A stretch of 40,015 bases of DNA from Clostridia bacterium. GTDB taxonomy: Bacteria; Bacillota; Clostridia; Christensenellales; UBA1242. Location: positions 1 through 40,015 of the forward strand of contig JAFQUU010000032.1 of the NCBI GenBank assembly GCA_017408305.1, given 5' to 3'. Below are positions 22,959-32,593 of this stretch, piece after piece; position 1 is the stretch's first letter; every line of letters starts with the position of its first letter. A model generated the notes under the pieces. That model ran no database searches and was not told where the DNA came from. It saw only the letters and a program-made list of their open reading frames with translations. The position numbers and the translations under genes were made by a program.

Positions 22959-25574
22959 TTGACAAACCAAACACAAAAAAAGGGTGGCACCTTTAACAAT
23001 CTTAAAGAAATTTATGCAATGCAAAAAAGTGGCAAAATTTCAGCACTTATTGAAGAAGTTCGCAAAAATGTTTCAAAGGCGAACAGTCTTTCTAATGCCT
23101 TTAACAGCAAAATGAAAGAAAAGGCAATTCTTGGCAAAAAAGAAGAAGAACTTGCAAAAATTCAAGCCAAAGAACTTGAAACACAGAAAAAACTTGAACA
23201 GGCACGCCTTGCTGAAGAAATGAAACAAAAACAACAGGAAGAAGAACGCCTTGCCGAAAGAAAACTTTTTCAACAGCAAATAGAAAACATTCCACAAAAG
23301 AAACCTGCTAGAAATGACCCTAAGCCATTTTTGCGTAAAGAAAACAAGCCAAAACAGTTTGGACAAAATTCTCAAACCCCTAAATATGACCAAAAACGCA
23401 CATTTAATCCTGATGCAAAAACCAGAACATTTAATTCAAACAATAGGCCTCAAGGTACAAAACCTGGCTTTAATACAAATGGTCAAAAACCACCATTTAA
23501 TAGATCTCAAGGTGGTCAAAGGCCAAATGGCACTGCAAGACCAACTTTTGCTTCAAGCAAAGAAAACAAATTTAAAAAATTTACTCCTGCACCAGAGCCA
23601 ATGATTGTTCAGCAAGAACGCAGTAACTATGGCAACAAAAATAAGTCTGGATTTAATAAAACAAGGGATGAAAAACGCCCAGGACAAAACCGAAGAATGC
23701 AAACAAGGCGTGGATTTATTGACCTTGACATTAATAACGAAGAACGCGTTACAATCCGTAAACTTGCAAAACCAAAGAAAAAGGCAGAAACTTTTGTTGC
23801 ACCAAGCGTTACAAGTGCTGTGATAAACGGAAGTTCTGTAACAGTTAAGACCCTAAGTGAAAAAATTGGTAAACCTGCTGGTGAAATCATTAAAAAACTT
23901 ATGATGCTTGGCGTAATGGCAACCATCAACTCAACAATCAATTTTGAAACTGCTGAACTTGTTGCAAGCGATTTTGATATAACTCTTGAACAAAAGATTG
24001 AGCAAACATTTGAAGAAAAACTTATGGATGAAACCCATAAACAAGAAGAGGAAGGTGCAATTAAACGCCCACCTGTTGTAACAGTTATGGGCCATGTTGA
24101 CCACGGCAAAACAAGTCTTTTGGATGCAATCCGTAAAACAAGTGTTGCAAGTGGTGAAGCAGGTGGTATCACCCAAAAAATTGGTGCTTATTCAATCACT
24201 GCTGGTGGCGAAAAGATCACATTTATTGACACCCCTGGCCATGCTGCATTTACTGCAATGCGTGCAAGAGGTGCACAGGTTACAGACATTGCAATTTTGG
24301 TTGTTGCTGCAGATGATGGCATTATGCCACAAACTGTTGAAGCAATCAGCCATATTAAAGCCGCAAATGTTCCAATTATTGTTGCCGTAAACAAAATGGA
24401 TAAACCAGAAGCGAATCTAGACCGTGTGAAGTCTGGACTTGCAGAAAATGGTGTTCTTCCAGAAGATTGGGGTGGCGATGCAATCCTTGTGCCACTTTCA
24501 GCAAAAACCGGCGTTGGAATTGATAAACTTTTGGAAAGCATTCTTCTTGTAAGCGAAATGGAAGAACTTAAGGCAAATCCAAACAAAATGGCAACTGGCG
24601 TTGTGATTGAAGCAGAACTTGACAAAAATCGTGGCCCTGTTGCAACTGTGCTTGTGCAAAGTGGAACACTTAAAGTTGGCGACAGTGTGATGAGTGGCCT
24701 TACATTTGGTAAGGTGCGTGCAATGTTTGATGAAAACGGCAAGCAAGTTAAAACTGCCACTCCATCAACACCTGTTGCTGTGCTTGGCTTTAATGATGTG
24801 CCAAACAGTGGAGACCAAGTTTTTGCAGTTGATGAAAAACTTTCTAAGAATGTAATTTCTGAACGCAAAAACAAGATTAAGGAAGACCAGTCTCGTCTTA
24901 CATCAGGTGTAAGCCTTGATGACTTTATGAATAAGGTTAACGAAGGCAAACTGAAGTCTCTTAACATAATTATTAAAGCCGATGTTCAAGGAAGTGCCGA
25001 AGCTCTTAAACAAACACTAACAGCCATTGAAAACGAAGAAGTTAGGGTTGTTTGTATCCACAGTGCTGTTGGTGCTGTTACAGAGTCTGACCTTGTGCTC
25101 GCAGAAGCAAGTGGTGCGATTATTGTAAACTTTAACCTTAAGGTTGCACCAAAAATTCAAACGCTTGCAGACCGTATGAAAGTTGAAGTTAAATCTTACA
25201 ATGTTATTTATGAAGTTGTGGAAGAACTTACTGATGCAATCAGTGGTATGATGACTGTCAAATACGAACAAGTTGTTGCTGGGCACGCAGAAGTTAGGGT
25301 TGTGTTCAAACTTTCAACCTATGGTCTTGTTGCCGGCAGTTATGTTAAGGACGGCAAAATTATCCGTGGTGCAATGGCAAGGCTTATTCGTGATGGCGAG
25401 ATAATCGCAGACACAGAAATTTCTGCACTTAAGATTGTTAAAGATGATAAGGCAGAAGTTAACACTGGATTTGAATGTGGCATTAAACTTGCTGACATTC
25501 CAGATCTTAAAGAAGGTGACATTATTGAATGTTATGAAAACATTCCAATTAAACGCACACCATCTCGTTCATAA
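22959..25574 (+). CDS. infB: Translation initiation factor IF-2
   Basis: '[17 protein letters not shown]', 'DTPGHAAF', 'NKMDK'. Low-complexity K/Q/N/P-rich N-terminus. Track start is TTG 22959, 11 nt after AAGGAG; ATG 23019 is an alternative. Confidence 0.93.
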   Translation: MTNQTQKKGGTFNNLKEIYAMQKSGKISALIEEVRKNVSKANSLSNAFNSKMKEKAILGKKEEELAKIQAKELETQKKLEQARLAEEMKQKQQEEERLAERKLFQQQIENIPQKKPARNDPKPFLRKENKPKQFGQNSQTPKYDQKRTFNPDAKTRTFNSNNRPQGTKPGFNTNGQKPPFNRSQGGQRPNGTARPTFASSKENKFKKFTPAPEPMIVQQERSNYGNKNKSGFNKTRDEKRPGQNRRMQTRRGFIDLDINNEERVTIRKLAKPKKKAETFVAPSVTSAVINGSSVTVKTLSEKIGKPAGEIIKKLMMLGVMATINSTINFETAELVASDFDITLEQKIEQTFEEKLMDETHKQEEEGAIKRPPVVTVMGHVDHGKTSLLDAIRKTSVASGEAGGITQKIGAYSITAGGEKITFIDTPGHAAFTAMRARGAQVTDIAILVVAADDGIMPQTVEAISHIKAANVPIIVAVNKMDKPEANLDRVKSGLAENGVLPEDWGGDAILVPLSAKTGVGIDKLLESILLVSEMEELKANPNKMATGVVIEAELDKNRGPVATVLVQSGTLKVGDSVMSGLTFGKVRAMFDENGKQVKTATPSTPVAVLGFNDVPNSGDQVFAVDEKLSKNVISERKNKIKEDQSRLTSGVSLDDFMNKVNEGKLKSLNIIIKADVQGSAEALKQTLTAIENEEVRVVCIHSAVGAVTESDLVLAEASGAIIVNFNLKVAPKIQTLADRMKVEVKSYNVIYEVVEELTDAISGMMTVKYEQVVAGHAEVRVVFKLSTYGLVAGSYVKDGKIIRGAMARLIRDGEIIADTEISALKIVKDDKAEVNTGFECGIKLADIPDLKEGDIIECYENIPIKRTPSRS

Positions 25575-25597
25575 CATAAAAAATTTGGAGGTGAAAA

Positions 25598-25978
25598 ATG
25601 AGTAATAGAATGCTTCGTGCAGATGCTGAAATCCAAAAAGAACTTGCAGAGATTATCAAAAATGACCTAAGCGACCCAAGACTTCAATCCCTTATTTCAG
25701 TTACAAGCGTAAAAACCAGCCCTGATTTTACAAGTGCAAAAGTAAGGGTTAGTATTTACGAACAAGAGCTTTCAAAACGCAAAGAAATTTTAAAACTTCT
25801 TCAAAAATCTTCTGGTTATATAAAAAGAATTTTGGCTGAGAATTTGTGTTTAAGAAACGTTCCTGCCCTCAATTTTCAACTTGATGATGGTGCATTTTAT
25901 GAAGAAAACATAAATAAAATTTTGGAAACCTTAAATATTTCTCCAGCTGAAGAGGAAAACAATGATACAAACGAATAA
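25598..25978 (+). CDS. rbfA: Ribosome-binding factor A
   Basis: 'RADAEIQKELAEIIKNDLSDPRL' and 'AKVRVSIY'. Located after infB. Confidence 0.9.
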   Translation: MSNRMLRADAEIQKELAEIIKNDLSDPRLQSLISVTSVKTSPDFTSAKVRVSIYEQELSKRKEILKLLQKSSGYIKRILAENLCLRNVPALNFQLDDGAFYEENINKILETLNISPAEEENNDTNE

Positions 25979-26651
25979 AGACGGCCTTGTGGTGATTGAC
26001 AAACCTTCGGGTTTGTCGTCTTTTTTGGCAGTAAATATTACAAAAAGAAGTTTAGGTGTCAAAAAAGCAGGGCATATGGGCACGCTTGACCCACTTGCAA
26101 GTGGTGTTTTGGTTGTTGGCGTTGGCAAAGGTACAAAACTTTTTGACCACTTTTTAGGTCATGAGAAATCATATTATGCAGAATATGAATTTGGCTATGA
26201 AACCGACACGCTTGACCTTGAAGGCAAGGTCTTAAACCAAAATGATTGTGATATTTCAAAAGAGGATATAGCAAAGGTTCTTCCAACTTTTATGGGCAAG
26301 ATTTTACAAATGCCACCTGTTTACTCTGCCAAAAAAATTGATGGCAAAAAAGCGTGCGATCTTGCAAGAAGTGGTCAAGAAGTAATCTTAAACCCCAAAG
26401 AGGTTGAAGTTTTTGAACTTGAACTTGTTAAAAAACTTGGTAAGAACAAGTTTGGCTTTAATATTAGGTGCTCAAGTGGTTTTTATGTAAGGGCTCTCGG
26501 TAGAGATATAGCCCAAAAACTTGGCACTTTTGCCACAACAACACTTATAAGACGCACAGAGTGCTGTGGATATTCTTTGGACAAAGCACAAACCCTTGAA
26601 GATATAAAGGCAGGCAAAGCAGTGGTTTATCCACTTGAGGAGATAAAATGA
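25962..26651 (+). CDS. truB: tRNA pseudouridine-55 synthase TruB
   Basis: 'KKAGHMGTLDPLASGVLVVGVG'. Confidence 0.92.
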   Translation: MIQTNKDGLVVIDKPSGLSSFLAVNITKRSLGVKKAGHMGTLDPLASGVLVVGVGKGTKLFDHFLGHEKSYYAEYEFGYETDTLDLEGKVLNQNDCDISKEDIAKVLPTFMGKILQMPPVYSAKKIDGKKACDLARSGQEVILNPKEVEVFELELVKKLGKNKFGFNIRCSSGFYVRALGRDIAQKLGTFATTTLIRRTECCGYSLDKAQTLEDIKAGKAVVYPLEEIK

Positions 26652-27505
26652 TAAGATTTGGTCCATCTGGCAACAGCCAAAGTTTTTATGATGATGGCAA
26701 CAAAACAAGCGTGCAGGCACCAAAGTGGCTAAGTGAAAAAGGCTTAAATGCGTATGAATTTTCTTTTGGTAGAGGCTACACAATGGGCTTAAAAACTGCC
26801 ACAGACCTTGGAAATGAGGCAGAAAAATACGGCGTTAAAGTAAGTATTCACGCACCATACTATATCAATCTTGCAAACCCTGATGAAGAAATGAAAATCA
26901 AATCTTTTGGGTATATCATAAAGGGTCTTGAACTTCTTAAGGCAATGAGGGGCAATCATCTTGTTTTTCATGTGGCATCTCAGGGCAAAATGGAAAGGGC
27001 AGAGGCAACTGCTTTGGCAGAAAAAAGGCTTGTTGAACTGTCAAAAGTATTAGATTTTGAAGGTGAAAACAAAGATTTGTTTTTATGCCTAGAAACTATG
27101 GGCAAACCCCTTCAAATTGGCACATTTAAAGAAATTATTGACCTTTGCACAATAAGTTCAAACTTTATTCCTTGCTTTGATTTTGGGCACATCAACGCCC
27201 TTACAGGTGGTGGCTTGAAAAAAGTGGAGGACTATCTGGAGATTTTGAATTACTCAATTGAAAAACTGGGATTTGAAAGAACAAAAAACTGTCATATTCA
27301 TTTTTCAAAAATTGAGTATGGTGCAAAAGGTGAAATTAGGCACTTAAATTATGATGATACTGTATATGGCCCAGAGTTTGACCCACTTGCAAAGGCACTT
27401 AAAATGTTAAATTTAACCCCAGTTGTTATATGCGAAAGCAAAACAATGATGGCAGAAGATGCGTGTGCTTTAAAAAATATTTACGAAAAAACACCTAAAA
27501 TATAG
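26648..27505 (+). CDS. Endonuclease IV-family (AP endonuclease 2 / xylose-isomerase-like TIM barrel) protein
   Basis: 'SIHAPYYINLAN', 'CLETMGK', 'CFDFGH', 'HIHFSK' and 'VICES' parallel the Nfo metal-ligand blocks. ATGA overlap with truB. Confidence 0.65.
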   Translation: MIRFGPSGNSQSFYDDGNKTSVQAPKWLSEKGLNAYEFSFGRGYTMGLKTATDLGNEAEKYGVKVSIHAPYYINLANPDEEMKIKSFGYIIKGLELLKAMRGNHLVFHVASQGKMERAEATALAEKRLVELSKVLDFEGENKDLFLCLETMGKPLQIGTFKEIIDLCTISSNFIPCFDFGHINALTGGGLKKVEDYLEILNYSIEKLGFERTKNCHIHFSKIEYGAKGEIRHLNYDDTVYGPEFDPLAKALKMLNLTPVVICESKTMMAEDACALKNIYEKTPKI

Positions 27506-27562
27506 ACATTTAAGTCAATTTGTGATATAATGAAAAAGTAATAGAAAATAAAGGAGAACATT

Positions 27563-28123
27563 ATGATAACAGCAGGAGATTTTAGAAAAGGCGTTACATT
27601 TGAAATGGACGGTGCCGTTTTTACTGTGGTTGACTTTTTGCATGTAAAACCAGGCAAAGGCTCTCCATTTGTAAGGACAAAAATTAAAAATGTAAAAACA
27701 GGTCAAGTGCTTGAACGCACATTTAACCCAACCGATAAATTTAAGGCAGCAGTAATTGAAAAAGTTACTATGCAATATCTTTACAATGAAGGCGATTTGT
27801 ACTATTTTATGGATATGGAAACTTATGACCAAATTCCTCTCAACAAATCACTTGTTGAAGATGCACTTAAGTTTATGATTGAAAACATGGAAGCAAGCGT
27901 TTATTTCTATGAAGGCGAAGCATTCAATGTTGAAGCACCAAACTTTGTTGAACTTACCATTACAGAGTGCGAACCTGGTGTACAAGGCGACACCTCAAAA
28001 GCCGGATACAAACCTGCAAAACTTGAAACAGGATATGAAATCCAAGTGCCACTTTTTGTCAACCAAGGCGAAAAAATCCGTGTTGACACACGCGATGGCA
28101 CTTATATGGAACGCGTAAAATAA
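27563..28123 (+). CDS. efp: Elongation factor P
   Basis: '[42 protein letters not shown]'. Confidence 0.95.
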   Translation: MITAGDFRKGVTFEMDGAVFTVVDFLHVKPGKGSPFVRTKIKNVKTGQVLERTFNPTDKFKAAVIEKVTMQYLYNEGDLYYFMDMETYDQIPLNKSLVEDALKFMIENMEASVYFYEGEAFNVEAPNFVELTITECEPGVQGDTSKAGYKPAKLETGYEIQVPLFVNQGEKIRVDTRDGTYMERVK

Positions 28124-28149
28124 TTTATTGAAGGAAGTTTAGCCTTCGA

Positions 28150-28177
28150 CTTTGACTTTTAAAGTCAAGGTTTTTTT
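28150..28177 (+). terminator. efp terminator
   Basis: ttgactt-tta-aagtcaa stem-loop (28152-28168) plus a T-run (28171-28177). Confidence 0.7.
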
Positions 28178-28201
28178 AAGCATAGAAGAAAAGGAAAAAA
28201 T

Positions 28202-29578
28202 ATGGAAAAGAAAATTTCAATGGAAAAACTTGTAAACCACTGCAAAAATATGGGCATTATCTTCCCAGGCAGTGAAATTTATGGTGGACTTGCAAATAGT
28301 TGGGACTATGGCCCAGTTGGTATTGAACTTAAAAACAATGTAAAAAAGGCTTGGTGGACTGCATTTGTGCAAGAAAGTGAACATAGTATGGGTGTTGATG
28401 CCAGCATTTTGATGAACCCAAGGGTTTGGGAGGCATCTGGTCATGTTGCAAGTTTTGCTGACCCACTTATGGATTGTAGGGAATGTAAAACACGTCATCG
28501 TGCAGACAAACTTATTGAAAACCACTCAAAAGGTGGTGTAAATGCCGATGCTATGAGCAACGAAGAAATGGAAGGTTATATCATTTCTCATAAATTTGCT
28601 TGCCCTGTTTGTGGAAAGCACAATTTTACACCAATTCGCCAGTTCAACCTTATGTTCCAAACAAACAGAGGTGTTACTCAAGAAAAAACAAATATTATTT
28701 ATCTTCGCCCAGAAACTGCACAAGGTGAGTTTGTAAACTTTTTAAATGTGCAAAGAAGTTTAAGAATGAAACTTCCTTTTGGTATTGGTCAAATCGGCAA
28801 GGCCTTTAGAAACGAAATTACACCAGGTAACTTTACTTTCAGAACTATTGAGTTTGAACAAATGGAACATCAACTTTTCTGCAAAGAAGGGCAAGACCAA
28901 GATTTTTATGACTTCTATAAGGGCAAGTCTATGGAATTTTTGGGTGGCCTTGGGCTTCCTGCCGAAAAACTTAGGTTTAAAGACCACGAAAAACTTGCTC
29001 ACTACGCAAAAGCAGCGTGTGATGTTGAATATCAGTTCAACTTTGGTTGGGGCGAAATCAATGGCGTACATAACCGTACTGACTTTGACCTTTCACGCCA
29101 CCAAGAATTTTCTGGAAAAAATATGGAATATACAGACCCTATTACAAACGAAAAGTTTATTCCTTATGTTGTTGAAGCGTCTTACGGTCTTGACAGAATC
29201 ATTCTTGCTCTTCTTGACAATGCTTATGAGATTGAAACACTTGAAGATGGCACGGAAAGGGAAGTGATGCGTTTTAAACCAGAAATTGCACCTTTCAAGG
29301 TTGGTGTGATGCCACTGATTAAAAAACTTCATGCCGAAAAAGCACATGAAGTTTATCGAATCTTGGCCAAAAAGTTTAGGGTTATCTTTGATGAAACAGG
29401 CAGTATTGGTAAACGCTATCGTCGCCAAGATGCAATTGGTACGCATTTCTGCGTAACTGTTGATGATGAAACAATAAACAACGGGACAGTAACTGTGCGT
29501 TTTAGGGACAGCATGGCACAAGAAGTTGTAAAACTTGAAGACCTTAAAGACTTTATTTCAAAAAAATTAGAAGATTAG
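28202..29578 (+). CDS. glyQS: Glycine--tRNA ligase (homodimeric class II GlyRS)
   Basis: 'GSEIYGGLANSWDYGPVGIELKNN' and 'FRNEITPGNFTFRTIEFEQME'. Confidence 0.93.
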   Translation: MEKKISMEKLVNHCKNMGIIFPGSEIYGGLANSWDYGPVGIELKNNVKKAWWTAFVQESEHSMGVDASILMNPRVWEASGHVASFADPLMDCRECKTRHRADKLIENHSKGGVNADAMSNEEMEGYIISHKFACPVCGKHNFTPIRQFNLMFQTNRGVTQEKTNIIYLRPETAQGEFVNFLNVQRSLRMKLPFGIGQIGKAFRNEITPGNFTFRTIEFEQMEHQLFCKEGQDQDFYDFYKGKSMEFLGGLGLPAEKLRFKDHEKLAHYAKAACDVEYQFNFGWGEINGVHNRTDFDLSRHQEFSGKNMEYTDPITNEKFIPYVVEASYGLDRIILALLDNAYEIETLEDGTEREVMRFKPEIAPFKVGVMPLIKKLHAEKAHEVYRILAKKFRVIFDETGSIGKRYRRQDAIGTHFCVTVDDETINNGTVTVRFRDSMAQEVVKLEDLKDFISKKLED

Positions 29579-29994
29579 TTGTCATATTTAGTAACATCAA
29601 AGTCTTTATAACCACTTTCTGCTTTAGGCTCAATGAGTGTAGGTGAAGATATGGTCGGAGAAGGAGCAATAAATGTTGGTTTTTCTGCCGCTATTTCAAC
29701 CTCTTCATTTTTTTGGGGAACTTCAACGGTTTCCACAGGTACGGCAACTTGCACGGTTTCTTTGTTTTTACGCGTTTTAAAGGGATTTTTAAATAATGTC
29801 AGTTTCCCTTTGTTTTTAATCACGAAAAACAAAAAGTAAAACGCTGCCATGCCAATGGCAAAATAGATGATTCTACTAAACAAACTTGATTGAGTGCCAA
29901 AAAAGCCTGCAACAAAATCATATTGAAAAGCACTTATAAAAAACCAATTTAAACAGCCAAGCCACATTAAAATAAAACTTATAAATGGTAGCAT
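29575..29994 (-). CDS. DUF378 membrane protein with hydrophilic P/E/T-rich C-terminal extension
   Basis: 'WLGCLNWFFISAFQYDFVAGFFG...SRIIYFAIGMAAF'. ATG 29994 after AAAGGA. Its stop codon overlaps the glyQS stop. Confidence 0.7.
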   Translation of the reverse strand: MLPFISFILMWLGCLNWFFISAFQYDFVAGFFGTQSSLFSRIIYFAIGMAAFYFLFFVIKNKGKLTLFKNPFKTRKNKETVQVAVPVETVEVPQKNEEVEIAAEKPTFIAPSPTISSPTLIEPKAESGYKDFDVTKYDN

Positions 29995-30061
29995 ATTTTT
30001 TCCTTTTGTGAGTATAATGTGAAATGTGGCAAAAAATATACAAATCAAAAGATAAAAATCT

Positions 30062-30090
30062 TTGACTTTTGATTAAGTATTGATTATAAT
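30062..30090 (+). promoter_or_regulatory. greA promoter (followed by a ~107-nt leader)
   Basis: TTGACT (30062-30067), 17 nt, TATAAT (30085-30090). Confidence 0.65.
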
Positions 30091-30197
30091 AAGTTCGCAA
30101 AATTATAAGCAAGTGGTTTTTTGTTGAAAGGGTTTTTGTGATTATAGCAAAAATCTTTTCATATTTTTTTGAAAAACCATAAATTAAAGGAGAAAAA

Positions 30198-30665
30198 ATG
30201 AAAATATATTTAACTGCCGAAGGCAAAAAAGAACTTGAAGCAAAACTTGAATACTTAAAAACCGTAAAACGCGAAGAAGTTACAAAGGCAATTGGTGCAG
30301 CACGCGAATATGGTGATTTAAGCGAAAACAGCGAATACGACACAGCAAAAGAAGCACAAGCACAACTTGAAGCCGAAATTATGGATATTGAAGCAAAACT
30401 TCGCGATTCTATCTTAATTGACAAGAAAAATATCGACACAAGCAAGGTTTCTATGGGTTGCTATGTAAAACTTTTTGACCAAGATTTTAACGAAGAAGTG
30501 GAATACAAAATCGTTGGGTCTGCAGAAAGCAACCCACTTAAAGGGCTTATCAGCAACGAAAGCCCTGTAGGTCTTGCACTTATGAACGCAAGCGTTGGCC
30601 AAACAGTAACTGTTCAAACACCAATGGGCGAAACAAAACTTAAGGTTCTTGCTATAAGGTCTTAA
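30198..30665 (+). CDS. greA: Transcription elongation factor GreA
   Basis: 'LTAEGKKELEAKLEYLK...AREYGDLSENSEYDTAKEAQ'. Confidence 0.95.
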   Translation: MKIYLTAEGKKELEAKLEYLKTVKREEVTKAIGAAREYGDLSENSEYDTAKEAQAQLEAEIMDIEAKLRDSILIDKKNIDTSKVSMGCYVKLFDQDFNEEVEYKIVGSAESNPLKGLISNESPVGLALMNASVGQTVTVQTPMGETKLKVLAIRS

Positions 30666-30672
30666 CAAAAAA

Positions 30673-30698
30673 CAAGCACTATGCTTGCTTTTTTTTTG
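30673..30698 (+). terminator. greA terminator
   Basis: caagca-cta-tgcttg stem-loop followed by cTTTTTTTTT. Confidence 0.55.
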
Positions 30699-30713
30699 GT
30701 TTTAAGGTATAAT
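30685..30713 (+). promoter_or_regulatory. dnaX promoter in a leaderless arrangement
   Basis: TTGCTT (30685-30690), 17 nt, TATAAT (30708-30713), then 6 nt to ATG 30720. No SD. Confidence 0.6.
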
Positions 30714-30719
30714 AATAAT

Positions 30720-31823
30720 ATGTCATATCAAGCATTATACAGAAAATATCGCCCAACAACCTTTGATGGCATAATTGGGCAAAATCATATAACAGACACG
30801 CTTGCCAACCAAATACAGGCAGGCAAAATTGTGCATGCATATCTTTTTTGTGGCAGTCGTGGCACAGGCAAAACTTCAACAGCCAAAATTTTTGCAAGGG
30901 CAATAAATTGTCTCTCTCCCAAAAATGGCAGTGCTTGTGGCATGTGTGATGTTTGCACGAATTCAGCCAGTGAAATGGATATTATTGAGATTGATGCTGC
31001 TTCAAACAACAGGGTTGATGAAATCAGAGACCTTCGCGAAAATGTAAAGTTTATGCCAACTTGTGGCAAGTACAAAATTTATATCATTGATGAAGTGCAT
31101 ATGCTGACAGACAGTGCTTACAACGCACTTTTAAAAACTTTGGAAGAGCCACCAAGCCATGTTGTCTTTATTTTGGCAACAACTGAAGCACACAAATTGC
31201 CAGCAACAATTTTGTCAAGATGCGTAAGGTTTGATTTTGAACTTGTGTCAGTTGAAAACCTTACAAAACATCTTGCTGATGTCTTTACAAAAGAGGGCAT
31301 AATCTATGAAGAAGATGCACTAAAGGTTATTGCAAGTGCCGGTGAGGGCAGTGTGAGGGATACTCTTTCAATTGCCGACAGCGTAACAGCCTATGCTGGT
31401 GGCAACATTACACTTGCAAAAGTTTTGGAAATCTTAAGTTTGAACGATAACCAAACTTATATAGATTTAACAAATGCAATGTTTAAACAGGACCTTGGCA
31501 AGTGCCTTGAAATGATTGACAGGGCATACCACGCAGGCAAAAATATGAGCGTTTTGGCAAAGGACCTTTCAAGGCATTGCAGAAATTTGTTGGTGATTAA
31601 AACTTGCAGTAGTCCAAATGAAATTTTGAATATTCCAGAAAATATTTATAAAGATTTTGAGTTACAGGCAAAACAAACCAAACAAAAAGACCTTATGCTT
31701 GCGATGAAAATTTTTGGTGGGATTGAGGCAGAACTGAGATACGCACTTTCGCCAAAACTGCTTATTGAAACAGCAATTGTGAATTTTATTACTGAAATAA
31801 GTGGCGATGTAAAAAAAAACTGA
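30720..31823 (+). CDS. dnaX: DNA polymerase III clamp-loader subunit DnaX, domains I-III (zero-frame product, 367 aa)
   Basis: 'MSYQALYRKYRP', 'GSRGTGKTSTAKIFA', Zn module 'CLSPKNGSACGMCDVC', 'IIDEVHMLT', 'ILSRCVRFDF'. Ends 'GDVKKN*' right after the A9 run at 31811-31819. Confidence 0.93.
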   Translation: MSYQALYRKYRPTTFDGIIGQNHITDTLANQIQAGKIVHAYLFCGSRGTGKTSTAKIFARAINCLSPKNGSACGMCDVCTNSASEMDIIEIDAASNNRVDEIRDLRENVKFMPTCGKYKIYIIDEVHMLTDSAYNALLKTLEEPPSHVVFILATTEAHKLPATILSRCVRFDFELVSVENLTKHLADVFTKEGIIYEEDALKVIASAGEGSVRDTLSIADSVTAYAGGNITLAKVLEILSLNDNQTYIDLTNAMFKQDLGKCLEMIDRAYHAGKNMSVLAKDLSRHCRNLLVIKTCSSPNEILNIPENIYKDFELQAKQTKQKDLMLAMKIFGGIEAELRYALSPKLLIETAIVNFITEISGDVKKN

Positions 31824-31825
31824 TT

Positions 31826-32170
31826 TTGACAGGTAACACAAAATCAAATGATATTATGACAATTTGGGGCAAAGTTGTTTTGTTTTTGAAAGAAAAAAAG
31901 CACATTGCACTTCAAATTGCGTGTGGTGATGTTACAAACATAAAACTGCTAGACAACAAACTGATTATTACTACTGATGAAAAGTATATAACCAAGATTT
32001 TGGAAAATGCTGAAAATCAAAAAATTTTAAAAGATGCTTTGTCTTGGCAAGGCATAAATGCTGAAATTGAAGTAAAACGAGTGCTTAAACTTGCAGAACT
32101 TCAAGAAATGGATTTGAATAAACTTAAGGGCCTTGGCCTTGATATAAAGATTGAAAAAGGAGATAAATAA
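31826..32170 (+). CDS. dnaX: DnaX C-terminal domain in the -1 frame relative to dnaX (split gene / frameshift product)
   Basis: 'IWGKVVLFLKEKKHIALQIACGD..IKLLDNKLIITT....TKILENAENQKILKDAL' resembles the C-terminal domain of full-length Firmicutes DnaX. This frame is open from 31796. No SD or promoter of its own. Confidence 0.6.
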   Translation: MTGNTKSNDIMTIWGKVVLFLKEKKHIALQIACGDVTNIKLLDNKLIITTDEKYITKILENAENQKILKDALSWQGINAEIEVKRVLKLAELQEMDLNKLKGLGLDIKIEKGDK

Positions 32171-32172
32171 TT

Positions 32173-32499
32173 ATGGGAAATTTTAGAGGTGGTTTCGGTG
32201 GATTTGGAGGAGCCAATTTAGGACAACTGATGAAACAAGCACAAAAAATGCAGGCAGATATGGAGAGTGCAAAAGCCACACTTCATGCAACAGAATTTGA
32301 AAGCATTGTTGGTGGTGGTATGGTGAAGGTGGTTATGCTGGGCAATCGCACAGTAAAGGCAATTGAAATCAAACCTGAAATTATTGACCCTGATGACAAA
32401 GAAATGCTTGAAGATTTGATTTTGGCTGGAGTTAATGATGCACTTGCAAAGATTGCCACAAAAGAGGCAGAACTCATGCCAAGCATGCCTGGTATGTAA
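32173..32499 (+). CDS. ybaB: Nucleoid-associated protein YbaB/EbfC
   Basis: 'LMKQAQKMQADMESAK...GGGMVKVVMLGNRTVKAIEIKPEIIDPDDKEMLEDLILAGVNDA'. Confidence 0.92.
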   Translation: MGNFRGGFGGFGGANLGQLMKQAQKMQADMESAKATLHATEFESIVGGGMVKVVMLGNRTVKAIEIKPEIIDPDDKEMLEDLILAGVNDALAKIATKEAELMPSMPGM

Positions 32500-32554
32500 T
32501 TGTTATTCAAATATTTGTAAAAAAAATAATTTTTAAATAAAATAAATTTAAATA

Positions 32555-32586
32555 ATAAAAAAATGCCAAATTTTTGGCATTTTTTA
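32555..32586. terminator. Bidirectional terminator (ybaB / 2H gene)
   Basis: atgcca/tggcat stem flanked by an A-run and a T-run. Confidence 0.65.
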
Positions 32587-32593
32587 TGTTTAA

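Noticed and set aside
23073-24967. Several long minus-strand ORFs inside infB (e.g. 24188..24967, 23627..24172)
   Set aside because: They are antisense to a well-supported IF-2 gene, have low-complexity composition and lack start signals. Similar antisense ORFs inside smc, typA, glyQS and the S8 gene were ignored for the same reason.
30144-30155. The 12-mer atagcaaaaatc in the greA leader, identical to the sequence preceding hairpins A2 (14787) and A3 (15187)
   Set aside because: No hairpin follows it here, and in AT-rich DNA a single extra 12-mer match is weak evidence. It is noted only as a possible relic.
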